Below the pieces are notes generated by a model. The model was not told the origin of the DNA, searched no databases, and saw nothing but the letters and a program-made list of their open reading frames with translations. The position numbers were made by a program, and so were the translations under genes. DNA of 32,000 nt, taken from Candidatus Saccharimonadota bacterium (lineage in GTDB: Bacteria > Bacteroidota > Bacteroidia > Cytophagales > Amoebophilaceae). Positions 9,445-18,975 of this stretch are shown piece by piece. The stretch spans positions 180,001-212,000 of the forward strand of contig NZ_OW441264.1 in assembly GCF_936981045.1 (NCBI RefSeq), read 5' to 3'. Every line of letters begins with the position of its first letter. Positions within the stretch are counted from its first letter, which is position 1.

Positions 9445-10793
9445 GGAAGTGTTCTATAAACTGTGTCAAGGCGATAAAAAGTTATAAATTAATTAAATAA
9501 ACATTAAAGGTTTTAGACATGGAAGAAAATAAGAACAATTCCTATGTTGGTTTAGTAGATTACAAATTTCTGTAGGAAAATATTTTGTGCTCTATCCGTT
9601 TAGGTAAGCCTTTAACAGGAAAAGGTGGTGCTTTAACGCCTCTGATAAAAAAGCTTCTAGAGGTAAGTCTAGAAGGTGAAATGGCACACCATTTATCTAG
9701 TGATTCAACAGAAAATAATAGAAGAAATGGCAAAAGCTCTAAAACTTTACGTACAAGTTCTGGTTCCTTTGATCTGCTAACTCCTAGGGATAGGACAGGT
9801 AGTTTCGATCCACAAATAGTTAAAAAGCGTCAAACAAGCCTACATCCTGAGCTGGAAAGCAAGATCTTAAGCATGTTTTCTAGTGGTATGAGCTATAAAT
9901 CTATAGCCGTTCATGTTGAAGAGATCTATGATCATAAAGTATCAGCTGCTGAAATATCATCTATTACAGATAGCTTGTTACCGATAATAAATGAATGGCG
10001 TAACCGCCCTCTTCAATCAGTTTATCCGATAGTTTTCATGGATAGGATGTTTTTTAAGGTAAAAGAAGATGGCAGATGTGTAAGCAAATGCATGTATACC
10101 TTGTTAGGCATAGATCAAGAGGGTAAAAAAGAAGTATTGGGATTTTATTTGTCTGAAAGTGAGGGGGCTAACTTCTGATTGGGTGTACTTAACGAGCTTA
10201 AGGAAAGAGGTGTAGAAGATATCCTTATTGCCTGTGTTGATGGCCTAAAAAGCTTTCCTTCAGCCATAAATAGCGTTTTCTCTAATGCACAAGTGCAGGT
10301 CTGTGTAGTACATCAGATACGAAACTCACTCAAGTATGTAGCTATCAAAGACGTAAAACGTTTTTTAACTGATTTAAAGCAAATATATCAAGCTTCAAGT
10401 AAGGAAGTTGCTGAGCATTATCTATTGGAATTAGAAGAAAAATGGGGGGGGGGAAGTATCCAATGGTTACCAAATCTCGGCAAAATAATTGGGAACATTT
10501 GTCTGGTTATTTTAAGTATTCAGATTCTGTCAGAAGGCTAATTTATACCACCAATCCTATAGAAAGCTTGCATAGGCAGATTAGGAAGTTTACCAAGACA
10601 AAAGGAGCGTTTATCAGTATAAATGCTTTGTATAAATTAGTATATTGTGCCATAAAGAAGATCGAGGATAAATGGACTATTCCGCTGCGAAACTGGGCGT
10701 TGACCATATCTCAGATAGACATCTTTTTTCCCGGTAGATTAAAAGAGACGTTGAGATGAACAGGAGATGTGACACAGTTTATAGAACACTTCC
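9445..10793 (+). mobile_element. IS256-family insertion sequence (1349 bp), inactive
   Basis: Perfect 24-bp terminal inverted repeats: GGAAGTGTTCTATAAACTGTGTCA at 9445-9468 and its exact reverse complement at 10770-10793. Confidence 0.88.
9519..10759 (+). pseudogene. IS256-family (Mutator-like) transposase with two in-frame stops and one frameshift
   Basis: Motifs GKPLTGKGGALTPLIKKLLE, ..GANF*LGVLNELKERGVEDILIACVDGLKSF and IYTTNPIESLHRQIRK. TAG at 9573-9575. TGA at 10176-10178 sits where the family has a conserved Trp (FW). The reading frame shifts inside a G10 run at 10444-10453. Confidence 0.85.
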
Positions 10794-11147
10794 TTTTTGA
10801 ATCATACGAATGTTTTCTATCCCTGTAATGGTCTAGAGTAAAGAAATGGTTGGACCACTTAAAATTAGGCATATCTATTGCTTCTGATTGCTCGCAATAC
10901 AGTACTGACTAACTTGATTTTTCATTGTTTACCCATTCCCTCCTCATCCCACCGTACGTTCAGTTTTCCCGAATACGGTGGTCCGACAGTCTTCTTTATA
11001 AACCTTGCACAACTCTCTCAGGATACTTAATCATTCCACTACCAATGTACAACATCCCCATTGTATAGAGTTTTCTATTGGGATAGCTTTGCCACCCACA
11101 CCCAAGGCCTTTTCTTCTATGGGTTAAGTATCTGCGAAATCGGTTAT
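10794..11147 (-). mobile_element. Degenerate IS remnant; the first ~35 bp are an IS6-family transposase 3' fragment cut by the IS256 insertion
   Basis: 10790-10828 (TCCTTTTTGAATCATACGAATGTTTTCTATCCCTG) is the reverse complement of 7375-7410 in the IS6 copy (GIENIRMIQKG). The rest shows only scattered similarity and multiple stops. Confidence 0.5.
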
Positions 11148-11152
11148 TAATA

Positions 11153-11392
11153 ACGTGAGTTCGGGATTAGATTATTTTTTAATTTGATAATCAATATTAA
11201 TAAAAATTTATAAAATTTGTTTTATAGACAGTTAAATAGGTAGTTGAATAACAAATAATTCTGATAATCAGTTTATTATATATATTATATTTATAAAATT
11301 AGATATAAAAACTTGTTAAATAGGTGCAAATATTAACTAAATAATTGATATTAAATTGTTGTAAATCAGTCACATAAATCCTGAACTCACGT
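11153..11392 (+). mobile_element. MITE copy 2 (240 bp)
   Basis: Same termini and interior as copy 1. Flanks are TAATA/TAACA (4/5). Confidence 0.85.
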
Positions 11393-11568
11393 TAACACTA
11401 CTGGTTTTATTTGCTCGATGAATGCTTGAGGTTTGATTGATGCTCTTCTACAAGTCAGGTATTTTAGTCTGTTACGGATGCTTTGTTGGGATTGTTTCGT
11501 TGGAAATACATAAATGCTATTTCTGCCACTTGTTGGACTCTTTCTTTTTACAAAGTTAAAACCTATTA

Positions 11569-12570
11569 ACCTGAGTTCGGGATTAGCTTGTTAAAAAATA
11601 GCTTTAAAAAGCTCCTTTGTGTTTTAAATTTGGAGATAAAAAAATACTAACCAGATTATCCAAAGGAGCCAATTATGAATGTAGAAAAATTAGTTGAAAT
11701 ATATTATGCTGTTGATGAATTTCTCATAAAGTTTATGCCGTATATAGAAAAACAACTGTTAACCAACTCTAAAAGAAAACCCACTAGAACTTGTTCATTA
11801 ACTTTGAGTGAAATAATGACTGTTCTTATTGCCTTTCATGTGATTGGTTTTAGAAATTTTAAGTCTTATTATATTCATTTACAGCAATTTCATTCTAGTA
11901 AATTTGGAAAGTTAGTAAGCTAGAATAGATTTATAGAACTGATCCAAAGAACGTTAGTTCCCTTGTACTGTTTTACACAAAGTCTTTCTAAAACAAAAAC
12001 AGGTTGTTATTTTATGGATGCAACAGCCATCAAGGTTTGCCATATCAAAAGAGCCTATACGCACAGGGTTTTTAAATCGATTGCTACTAAAGGTAAAACC
12101 AGCACCGGTTGGTTTTTTGGATTAAAGTTACACTTGATAGTCAATGATTTAGGAGAAATTATGAATTTTCAACTGACCACAGGTAAAACTAATGATAGGC
12201 TTCCTGTAGAAAATTTGTGTAAACACTTGATAGGTAAAATGTTTGCCGATAAAGGTTACATAAGCAAAGATTTATTTAAAAAACTGATCGAGAAAGGCGT
12301 GGAACTCATTACCCAGATCAGAAAAAATATGAAAAATGCTTTTATGCCACTCTGGGATAAACTGATGCTTAGAAAACGATCTATAATTGAAACTATTATA
12401 GATCAGCTCAAAAATATTAGCCAGATAGAACATGCCAGGCATAGAAGCATACCTAATTTTCTAGTCAATTTGATAGCTGGAATTACAGCTTATGCACTAA
12501 AAGAGAAAAAACCTTCTATAACTAATATATATATGACTGGTTCACAATACGTATAATCCCGAACTGAGGT
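11569..12570 (+). mobile_element. IS982-family insertion sequence, copy A (1002 bp)
   Basis: Termini are ACCTGAGTTCGGGATTAG ... TAATCCCGAACTGAGGT (inverted). Size and a single transposase frame fit IS982. Confidence 0.82.
11675..12556 (+). pseudogene. IS982-family DDE transposase interrupted by one in-frame TAG
   Basis: ORFs 11675-11923 and 11963-12556 share one frame (...FGKLVS*NRFIELIQRTLVPLYCF...). DDE-type motifs are FMDATAIKVC, ADKGYIS and RSIIETIIDQLK. The TAG is at 11921-11923. Confidence 0.8.
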
Positions 12571-12741
12571 TAATAGACAGTTAAATAGGTAGTTGAATAA
12601 TAAATAATTCTGGTAATCAGTTTATTATATATATTATATTTATAAAATTAGGTATAAAAACTTGTTAAATAGGTGCAAATATTAACTAAATAATTGATAT
12701 TAAATTGTTGTAAATCAGTCAAATAAATCCCGAACTCACGT
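12571..12741 (+). mobile_element. MITE copy 3, lacking its left ~70 bp
   Basis: It starts inside the MITE (GACAGTTAAATAGGTAG...) directly after the IS982 copy A end. It finishes with the normal right terminus AATCCCGAACTCACGT. Confidence 0.8.
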
Positions 12742-13465
12742 TAATAGTTTCAATTATAGATCGTTTTCTAAGCATCAGTTTATCCCAGAGTGGCATAAAA
12801 GCATTTTTCATATTTTTTCTGATCTGGGTAATGAGTTCCACGCCTTTCTCGATCAGTTTTTTAAATAAATCTTTGCTTATGTAACCTTTATCGGCAAACA
12901 TTTTACCCATCAAGTGTTTACACAAATTTTCTACAGGAAGCCTATCATTAGTTTTACCTGTGGTCAGTTGAAAATTCATAATTTCTCCTAAATCATTGAC
13001 TATCAAGTGTAACTTTAATCCAAAAAACCAACCGGTGCTGGTTTTACCTTTAGTAGCAATCGATTTAAAAACCCTGTGCGTATAGGCTCTTTTGATATGG
13101 CAAACCTTGATGGCTGTTGCATCCATAAAATAACAACCTGTTTTTGTTTTAGAAAGACTTTGTGTAAAACAGTACAAGGGAACTAACGTTCTTTGGATCA
13201 GTTCTATAAATCTATTCTAGCTTACTAACTTTCCAAATTTACTAGAATGAAATTGCTGTAAATGAATATAATAAGACTTAAAATTTCTAAAACCAATCAC
13301 ATGAAAGGCAATAAGAACAGTCATTATTTCACTCAAAGTTAATGAACAAGTTCTAGTGGGTTTTCTTTTAGAGTTGGTTAACAGTTGTTTTTCTATATAC
13401 GGCATAAACTTTATGAGAAATTCATCAACAGCATAATATATTTCAACTAATTTTTCTACATTCAT
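12742..13465 (-). pseudogene. IS982-family transposase, truncated, carrying the same in-frame TAG as copy A
   Basis: ORFs 13217-13465 and 12719-13177 match the copy A protein apart from one substitution (HLMGKMF vs HLIGKMF). The last codons read into the MITE (..INVSSGFI*). Confidence 0.8.
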
Positions 13466-13571
13466 AATTGGCTCCTTTGGATAATCTGGTTAGTATTTTT
13501 TTATCTCCAAATTTAAAACACAAAGGAGCTTTTTAAAGCTATTTTTTAACAAGCTAATCCCGAACTCAGGT
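12742..13571 (-). mobile_element. IS982-family insertion sequence, copy B, inverted and 3'-truncated
   Basis: It is the reverse complement of copy A positions ~11569-12398. The terminus ...TAATCCCGAACTCAGGT ends at 13571. The copy is truncated where the MITE fragment abuts. Confidence 0.82.
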
Positions 13572-13620
13572 TAATCTAAAAATTATACTTTTATAATTGA
13601 AAATCAATAAAATAAAACCC

Positions 13621-13710
13621 TTAAGTTGACGCCGTTGGATGAACGGGTACATTTTCTGGAGTAATCACTGATATGTTTCTTTAAGTTGACGCCATGGGCT
13701 GAATGGATAC
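13621..13710 (+). repeat. Two 30-bp imperfect direct repeats exactly 60 bp apart
   Basis: TTAAGTTGACGCCGTTGGATGAACGGGTAC (13621-13650) and TTAAGTTGACGCCATGGGCTGAATGGATAC (13681-13710) match at 25/30. Confidence 0.6.
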
Positions 13711-13799
13711 GCTACAGCTGATTTTTATAAGGAAGTAAAAATGACAAGACAAAACCGCTCGAAGCACCCCCTAAATGGGAAATAGTAGTTATAGCTGGT

Positions 13800-14291
13800 T
13801 TAGTATAGGCATAATAGACCAATGGTAGCACTATTGAGTAATATAGCTAAAAGCAAATGCCATTTAACTTCTTTTTGTATGCATAGTCTATGACAGAGTA
13901 TTCCTGTTAGGCCAGACCATACCAAAGACACACCATAAGATTGACAAAAAACATAGGTAGAGGTTTGTAAACCGAATAAAATAGCGCTTGTTAAAAATAG
14001 ATATTTGGCAGGTAGTGCACTACTTAGGGCAGCAAAACCGATTAAATTCAAGGAATGATTCCATAGTGTTGCTCAGTGATCCCCATTATAAAATAGTCTG
14101 CTATACAAACTTTCATTTTTGCTGCGCAATTTGTGCACGGCATAAGGAAGGTGTAACGCTATAGCTGTTATAGTAAGGGGTTTAGCATAAGACTTTATAG
14201 GAGCAGCCGCTTGAATAGAAGGTGACAGCGCGCAGGTAAAAGCAATATATGGGCATAAAAGTGGCAATGATCGTTTTATTTTTAGCTTCAT
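13800..14291 (-). CDS. Hypothetical small membrane protein, or two ORFs; same frame separated by one TGA
   Basis: ORFs 14073-14291 (signal-peptide-like MKLKIKRSLPLLCPYIAFTCA) and 13800-14051 (hydrophobic) share a frame and are split by TGA at 14073-14075. No family recognised. Confidence 0.25.
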
Positions 14292-14463
14292 ATTGGATTT
14301 GTTTATCTATCTAGAAATTTTACTTCTATCCATTCAGTCATCTGGAATACTACCCCAAAACAAGGAATCATGTCCCCTTGCAAAAAGTTGTGCTTGGAAA
14401 GTACACCCTACAGTTAAGCAGATACACAATGTAATGGTGTCCGTATAGTGGATTCTGTTTTAG

Positions 14464-15246
14464 TTAATAATCAGATAAAAATGCTTCCGTTTCTACATCA
14501 ATTTCTACCGCTAGCTTTTGAGAAGCAATCAACCTTTTGCCGTCACCAGGTTGTTTTTCATATAGCTCATCTACAGTGGTATCATCTATATTGCCCACTT
14601 TTACAATCCTGCTGCCAAATAGTCTAAGTGCAAAAGCATCTATCCAGGTTAAGTTTTCTGCAGCGTTGGCGGTGTTGTACCAACAAACTGATTCAAAAGG
14701 TAGCTTGTTAAAATAATCTATTACATCTTTATACTTGAAAGTAGCTATAGTGTGATCTAAATAGGTGGGAGGATGGTTTCTACCCGGGACAATTAATTGA
14801 ATAGATTCAATATCATACTCTTGTCTAGCCGTAATCTTATTAAAGATTACATGCTCTACCAATCTTAATGTAGAAATTTCCTTTGGAAAAAATTCATGCG
14901 TAGTAGTTTGTGCATCTTCTCCTGAAATTTGTAAATTTTTCAAAAATTGCGCTTGAGGCATGATTTCCGTCAGGGTGTCATCTATATAGGTTGTCAGTAA
15001 TCCATTTTTTGCTCCATCTACAATGACTTTGGAAATTTCTTTGCCATGCATAAAACAAGGACCATTTTGTTTTTCATTTAAATATATTTCCCTCCAAACT
15101 TTTCTGGCATATAAAACATAGGCTCTAGCTATAGGTCGAGTAGCATGGGGACTATAACTTTGGGATAAATGATCTGTACGTCCATAGGACGATGCAATAG
15201 GACTTAACCAAATAGCTAGGGCAAAAAAACGCTTGTTGAAAGACAT
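14464..15246 (-). CDS. gldN: Type IX secretion / gliding motility protein GldN (PorN)
   Basis: It follows gldM in the canonical gldKLMN order. The GldN-like pattern includes RKVWREIYLNEKQN and CWYNTANAAENLTWIDAFALRLF. The start was moved to the ATG at 15246 (MSFNKRFFALAIW signal peptide), just after the gldM stop. Confidence 0.8.
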   Translation of the reverse strand: MSFNKRFFALAIWLSPIASSYGRTDHLSQSYSPHATRPIARAYVLYARKVWREIYLNEKQNGPCFMHGKEISKVIVDGAKNGLLTTYIDDTLTEIMPQAQFLKNLQISGEDAQTTTHEFFPKEISTLRLVEHVIFNKITARQEYDIESIQLIVPGRNHPPTYLDHTIATFKYKDVIDYFNKLPFESVCWYNTANAAENLTWIDAFALRLFGSRIVKVGNIDDTTVDELYEKQPGDGKRLIASQKLAVEIDVETEAFLSDY

Positions 15247-15259
15247 AGTAGTGGTACAA

Positions 15260-16840
15260 TTAATTAAGTAAAATATTGAAGCATGATCTATCCATAATGG
15301 TTTCAACTTCATTTTTAAAGTTTTTTCTTTCTATTTTTTTTATTTCAACTACCAATCGATCACCTGGTTTAGCAAGAGATGCTATGCTGTGCAAATCCGC
15401 AATACTTTGGTTTACCTTTAATGTATGCACAGGACGACTACCTCTGGCTAACGTAATCACCCATTCTACTACTTGGTACCTGGCATCTTTGGGTAGGAAA
15501 TCCTGAAAATACTTGTTGGGGATTACTTTTGCTTCAACTACCCTGGGCCCAGGTGCAGGTATGCCTAATTTCATATCAATAGGCTTATTTTTGGTGGTGA
15601 TAGAAATTTGTGGAGTCGGAATATTTTGCACTATAAAAGATACTGTATCTATTAAGTTGTCTTCATTATATACTTTCAATTTAACTTCGTTAGCCTTAGG
15701 CATCACGGTGACTACTCCCTTTTTGGGCCCAGGTATGATAATACCCCCTTCTACTTTAAAGCGTGGATTATAGGCAGCACCAAGAGAAGGGACTTGAATG
15801 TCCAATTCGTTTCCACAATTGCGATAAAGTGACTGTACTGCAGCAGCCTTTACTTGAATTACAGGTTTGGCAACCTGATAGGGTATATCCTCTGTAATGA
15901 TAGATTCCTTACCCCCAGGTAGCCTCAATTTTATAGCAGCTTTAAAGGTCTTTTTAGCAAATCCATGGCTGTCATAGCTACCAGGGGAGGTTGTAAAGGA
16001 GACTTTTCCTACGCCATCTTGTACCCTAATGGGTTGGCCATCGATAAACATTTCTGGAGTTACTGCAGAAGAAGAGGCCGCTAAAATTAAATCTGCTTCA
16101 TACTTGCTTCCAGCAGTGACAATGTACGACTTGGTGTTGGCTAATAATTTAAGTGTGTCAAATTTAACATCAGAAGAACCAATAATGTTGCCCAATGTGT
16201 TGATGGCATCTGCTTCTGTAGTGACCACTTCAGATGCGAACTGGCTCAATGTAGCCAATGCAGCACCAAGTGGTGTGTGGTCAAAATTTAATGTAACAAA
16301 GTCTTTTTTAGCTTGATTGGGATCATGACTAAAAAAATCATGGTTCTTTGCATCAAAAGCAATAGGTGTATAAGGTTTATGAACCAGGTTAGAAAGCTGT
16401 GCTATATATCCATTTAATTTGGTTTTTAATATACCCCCTTCTCCTTTATTGATCATAAAGCGGGCTACTGCCGTGTCACTTTTCAACCCTTTGGGTAATT
16501 TGGTGAGGCGATCGATACCGCCCTCTGCATCAATTAACTGCTTTTTTAATCCATCGATATAATCCACTAGTGCTACCGTATCCTGATGCATAGCCAACAC
16601 TTGTGTCAATATTTTTATATCTTCTCGACGATTGCCCATATCTTTGCCCATGTTTTTTAATGACTGAATGGCACGTTCATTTTGGCTGAATTGTAGCTTT
16701 CGACTGGTATCAATACTGTGACTCAATACCATGAATTTATCTAATACACTAGAGCTGACCTGAAGTGCTAACATGGCCGTTAACACTAGATACATCACCC
16801 CTATCATTTTTTGTCTGGAACTTAATTTTTCTTGACCCAT
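15260..16840 (-). CDS. gldM: Type IX secretion / gliding motility protein GldM (PorM)
   Basis: 526 aa. The N-terminus MGQEKLSSRQKMIGVMYLVLTAMLALQVSSSVLDKF is the conserved GldM single-TM motif (SPRQKMINLMYLV type). Confidence 0.9.
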   Translation of the reverse strand: MGQEKLSSRQKMIGVMYLVLTAMLALQVSSSVLDKFMVLSHSIDTSRKLQFSQNERAIQSLKNMGKDMGNRREDIKILTQVLAMHQDTVALVDYIDGLKKQLIDAEGGIDRLTKLPKGLKSDTAVARFMINKGEGGILKTKLNGYIAQLSNLVHKPYTPIAFDAKNHDFFSHDPNQAKKDFVTLNFDHTPLGAALATLSQFASEVVTTEADAINTLGNIIGSSDVKFDTLKLLANTKSYIVTAGSKYEADLILAASSSAVTPEMFIDGQPIRVQDGVGKVSFTTSPGSYDSHGFAKKTFKAAIKLRLPGGKESIITEDIPYQVAKPVIQVKAAAVQSLYRNCGNELDIQVPSLGAAYNPRFKVEGGIIIPGPKKGVVTVMPKANEVKLKVYNEDNLIDTVSFIVQNIPTPQISITTKNKPIDMKLGIPAPGPRVVEAKVIPNKYFQDFLPKDARYQVVEWVITLARGSRPVHTLKVNQSIADLHSIASLAKPGDRLVVEIKKIERKNFKNEVETIMDRSCFNILLN

Positions 16841-16889
16841 ACTATTTAAACATTGATTAGTAACTTATTTTTATGAATTATATAACCAT

Positions 16890-17705
16890 TTAGCTTTTAA
16901 AAGCGGTTAAAGTCTTGGCATATATTTCGTTCAGGGCGGTTACTTTTTCATTTAGTAAGGCAAGCTCTTTTTTAAAGTGTATCGATTCGTTACCTGCTAC
17001 TTCCATTGCTTTTAAAGCGGTTTCTAAATAGTCATACAGCGTACTGGTATGGGTAATCTGGTCTTCCATATGGGCTAAAGCTTTTTTATAAAGCCCATTC
17101 ATGGAGGTTAATGTATCAGTCATTTCTTCCATTTGACTAAAATAATGGGTCAATTTACGCTCAGAAGAGAGCGTTATAAGCGAATGAAGTATATGCCCAA
17201 CTGCGTCATTTACTTTAGCAATATCTCCAATCACTTGCGTAGCCTGTCCTACATGATGCACATAGGCTTCTGTGACCTCACTAACATTAGCAAAAGAAGG
17301 CACATTAGCCATATTTTCTGAAAAACGACGCATAGTAGCCGCTAAATTTTCTAATAAAGAGATGTCTATGGAAGCTTTTTCCAAGCATTGGTCAAACTTT
17401 TGGGTAATGGTATGGGCTGTTGGTACAGAACGATTTGCCAAATTTTTACCCTTATAATCAGGCGCTAGTTCAGGATATACGCGCGACCAATCTATGGCTT
17501 GTTCCTTAGGTGCAAAAGCACTTAAAAGGAAAATGATTGCTTCTGTAAAAAGTCCAATCCCCAACATGATGCTGCCTCCAGGTAGGTTTAATAACTTAAA
17601 CATGGCCCCAAAAATTACAATGGCTGCACCAATATTGTAGATAAAGGGCATGATAGTATTATAAAACTTATATGTAAAAGAACTGTTTATTAGATTATGT
17701 TTCAT
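16890..17705 (-). CDS. gldL: Type IX secretion / gliding motility protein GldL (PorL)
   Basis: 271 aa. The two-TM N-terminus IYNIGAAIVIFGAMFKLLNLPGG...GLFTEAIIFLLSAF is typical of GldL. It lies between gldK and gldM. Confidence 0.88.
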   Translation of the reverse strand: MKHNLINSSFTYKFYNTIMPFIYNIGAAIVIFGAMFKLLNLPGGSIMLGIGLFTEAIIFLLSAFAPKEQAIDWSRVYPELAPDYKGKNLANRSVPTAHTITQKFDQCLEKASIDISLLENLAATMRRFSENMANVPSFANVSEVTEAYVHHVGQATQVIGDIAKVNDAVGHILHSLITLSSERKLTHYFSQMEEMTDTLTSMNGLYKKALAHMEDQITHTSTLYDYLETALKAMEVAGNESIHFKKELALLNEKVTALNEIYAKTLTAFKS

Positions 17706-17752
17706 TATGTTTTAAGAATTTAAATAGTCAATAAATGTATGATTAATACAAG

Positions 17753-18784
17753 TTATATGGCAGACATCACACATCTAAAGCCAATATAGCAGCGTGGTAT
17801 ATCTTTATGCTCACAATCAGAAATTCCTGTTTGTAGCGAATAGGCATAGTCTTTCCAGGAGCCTCCTTTGATGACCTTAAACACTCCTTCTTCATCTCTA
17901 TAAAAGGGACTAATTGCCTCACTTTTATGGATCAGTAAGGGGCTATATGCATCTTTACACCATTCTGAAACATTACCTGCCATATCATAAAGGCCATAAT
18001 CGTTAGGTGGAAAAGCCTTTACTGGAGCGGTATAGGCGTAACCAGATGCAGCATAGTTCCCCTTTGTAACCTGAAAATTAGCCAATAACTTGTCTTTTTG
18101 ATCTCTTACAGAAGGACCTCCCCATGGATACTGTCCAGATGCTCGGCCTCCTTTTGCAGCATATTCCCATTCAGCAACCGTAGCAAGTCTAAAGTTAGGA
18201 GCAGGAGGTAGTCCTTGAGCTTCTAAATACTTGTTCCTGTAAATAGAACGAACATGTGCAAACTGTTGTGCTGCCTCCCAAGTGATGCCCACTACAGGGT
18301 AATGATCAAAGCGGCAATCATTCCAATAGTTTGCACCAAATGAGTCGTCCATAAACATATCTGGAAAATCTTTTCGCCAAACTGTTATGTCAGGAATTAA
18401 CTTTTCATTGATATATGCTTCGTTTAACCCATATGCTGTTGGATCAGCTTGAACAATATCTATGAATGCACGGTATTTTGCATTGGTAACGGGCGCCTCA
18501 TCTATATAGAATGGCGCTACAGTTGTAATTTGTGTGATATGGGTTTTGGCAATCACGCTTTGGTTGACCCCGCCACCCATTAAAAATGTACCAGCTGGAA
18601 TAAGTACCATACCTAAAGGGACATCATTTTTCCATTTTACCTTATTGCTGTAACCTATAATTTCTCCTTTGTCATCAGGAATCGTACCACAACTGCCCAT
18701 TGTTATATAAGTAAGTACCAATAGAATGGTTAAGCTACGCTTAAAAAGTTTAAATAAAAAGCATTTATAAGAAGCTAAAAACAT
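17753..18784 (-). CDS. gldK: Type IX secretion lipoprotein GldK (PorK), FGE/SUMF1-fold
   Basis: 343 aa. Lipobox ITMGSC. Sulfatase-modifying-factor-like motifs are GTFLMGG, FYIDEAPVTNAKY, WEYAAKGG, GNVSEWC and GGSWKD. It is the first gene of the gldKLMN set. Confidence 0.88.
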   Translation of the reverse strand: MFLASYKCFLFKLFKRSLTILLVLTYITMGSCGTIPDDKGEIIGYSNKVKWKNDVPLGMVLIPAGTFLMGGGVNQSVIAKTHITQITTVAPFYIDEAPVTNAKYRAFIDIVQADPTAYGLNEAYINEKLIPDITVWRKDFPDMFMDDSFGANYWNDCRFDHYPVVGITWEAAQQFAHVRSIYRNKYLEAQGLPPAPNFRLATVAEWEYAAKGGRASGQYPWGGPSVRDQKDKLLANFQVTKGNYAASGYAYTAPVKAFPPNDYGLYDMAGNVSEWCKDAYSPLLIHKSEAISPFYRDEEGVFKVIKGGSWKDYAYSLQTGISDCEHKDIPRCYIGFRCVMSAI

Positions 18785-18975
18785 AAGAATATTATGAAAA
18801 GATGTTTTTGTGAAGCAATAAACTCAATAAAGCTATGAACTTTTTTATTTTTCACAAAGTTTCCATAACATTACGAATGTCCATTGCCTGTTCAGCTACC
18901 TGGTCGTGTTAGCCAATACAAGCAAAAACCACGCCTTATAAAAAGTAAGATAGACACATGCTATTAAATAAATTG

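Noticed and set aside
10176-10178. In-frame TGA at a conserved Trp position of the IS256 transposase, plus in-frame TGA at 14073 and TAG/TAA in other transposases: possible stop-codon reassignment (for example TGA=Trp).
   Set aside because: All three stop codons occur as interruptions, and intact housekeeping genes use TGG for Trp. TGA is also a genuine terminator here: the exbD stop TGA overlaps the tonB ATG at 19656-19659. Ordinary pseudogenisation under the standard bacterial code explains the pattern better.
6705-11147. Functional composite transposon formed by two inverted IS6 copies carrying the ATPase-nuclease gene.
   Set aside because: The right-hand IS6 is only a degenerate fragment with no recognisable terminal repeat, and it is interrupted by IS256. 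The left-hand transposase is dead. The arrangement may be a relic, but it is not a mobilisable unit as it stands.
15276-17457. Plus-strand ORFs antisense to gldM and gldL (15276-15506, 15513-15773, 16029-16316, 17133-17321, 17272-17457).
   Set aside because: They are shadow ORFs opposite well-supported T9SS genes, with no family signal.
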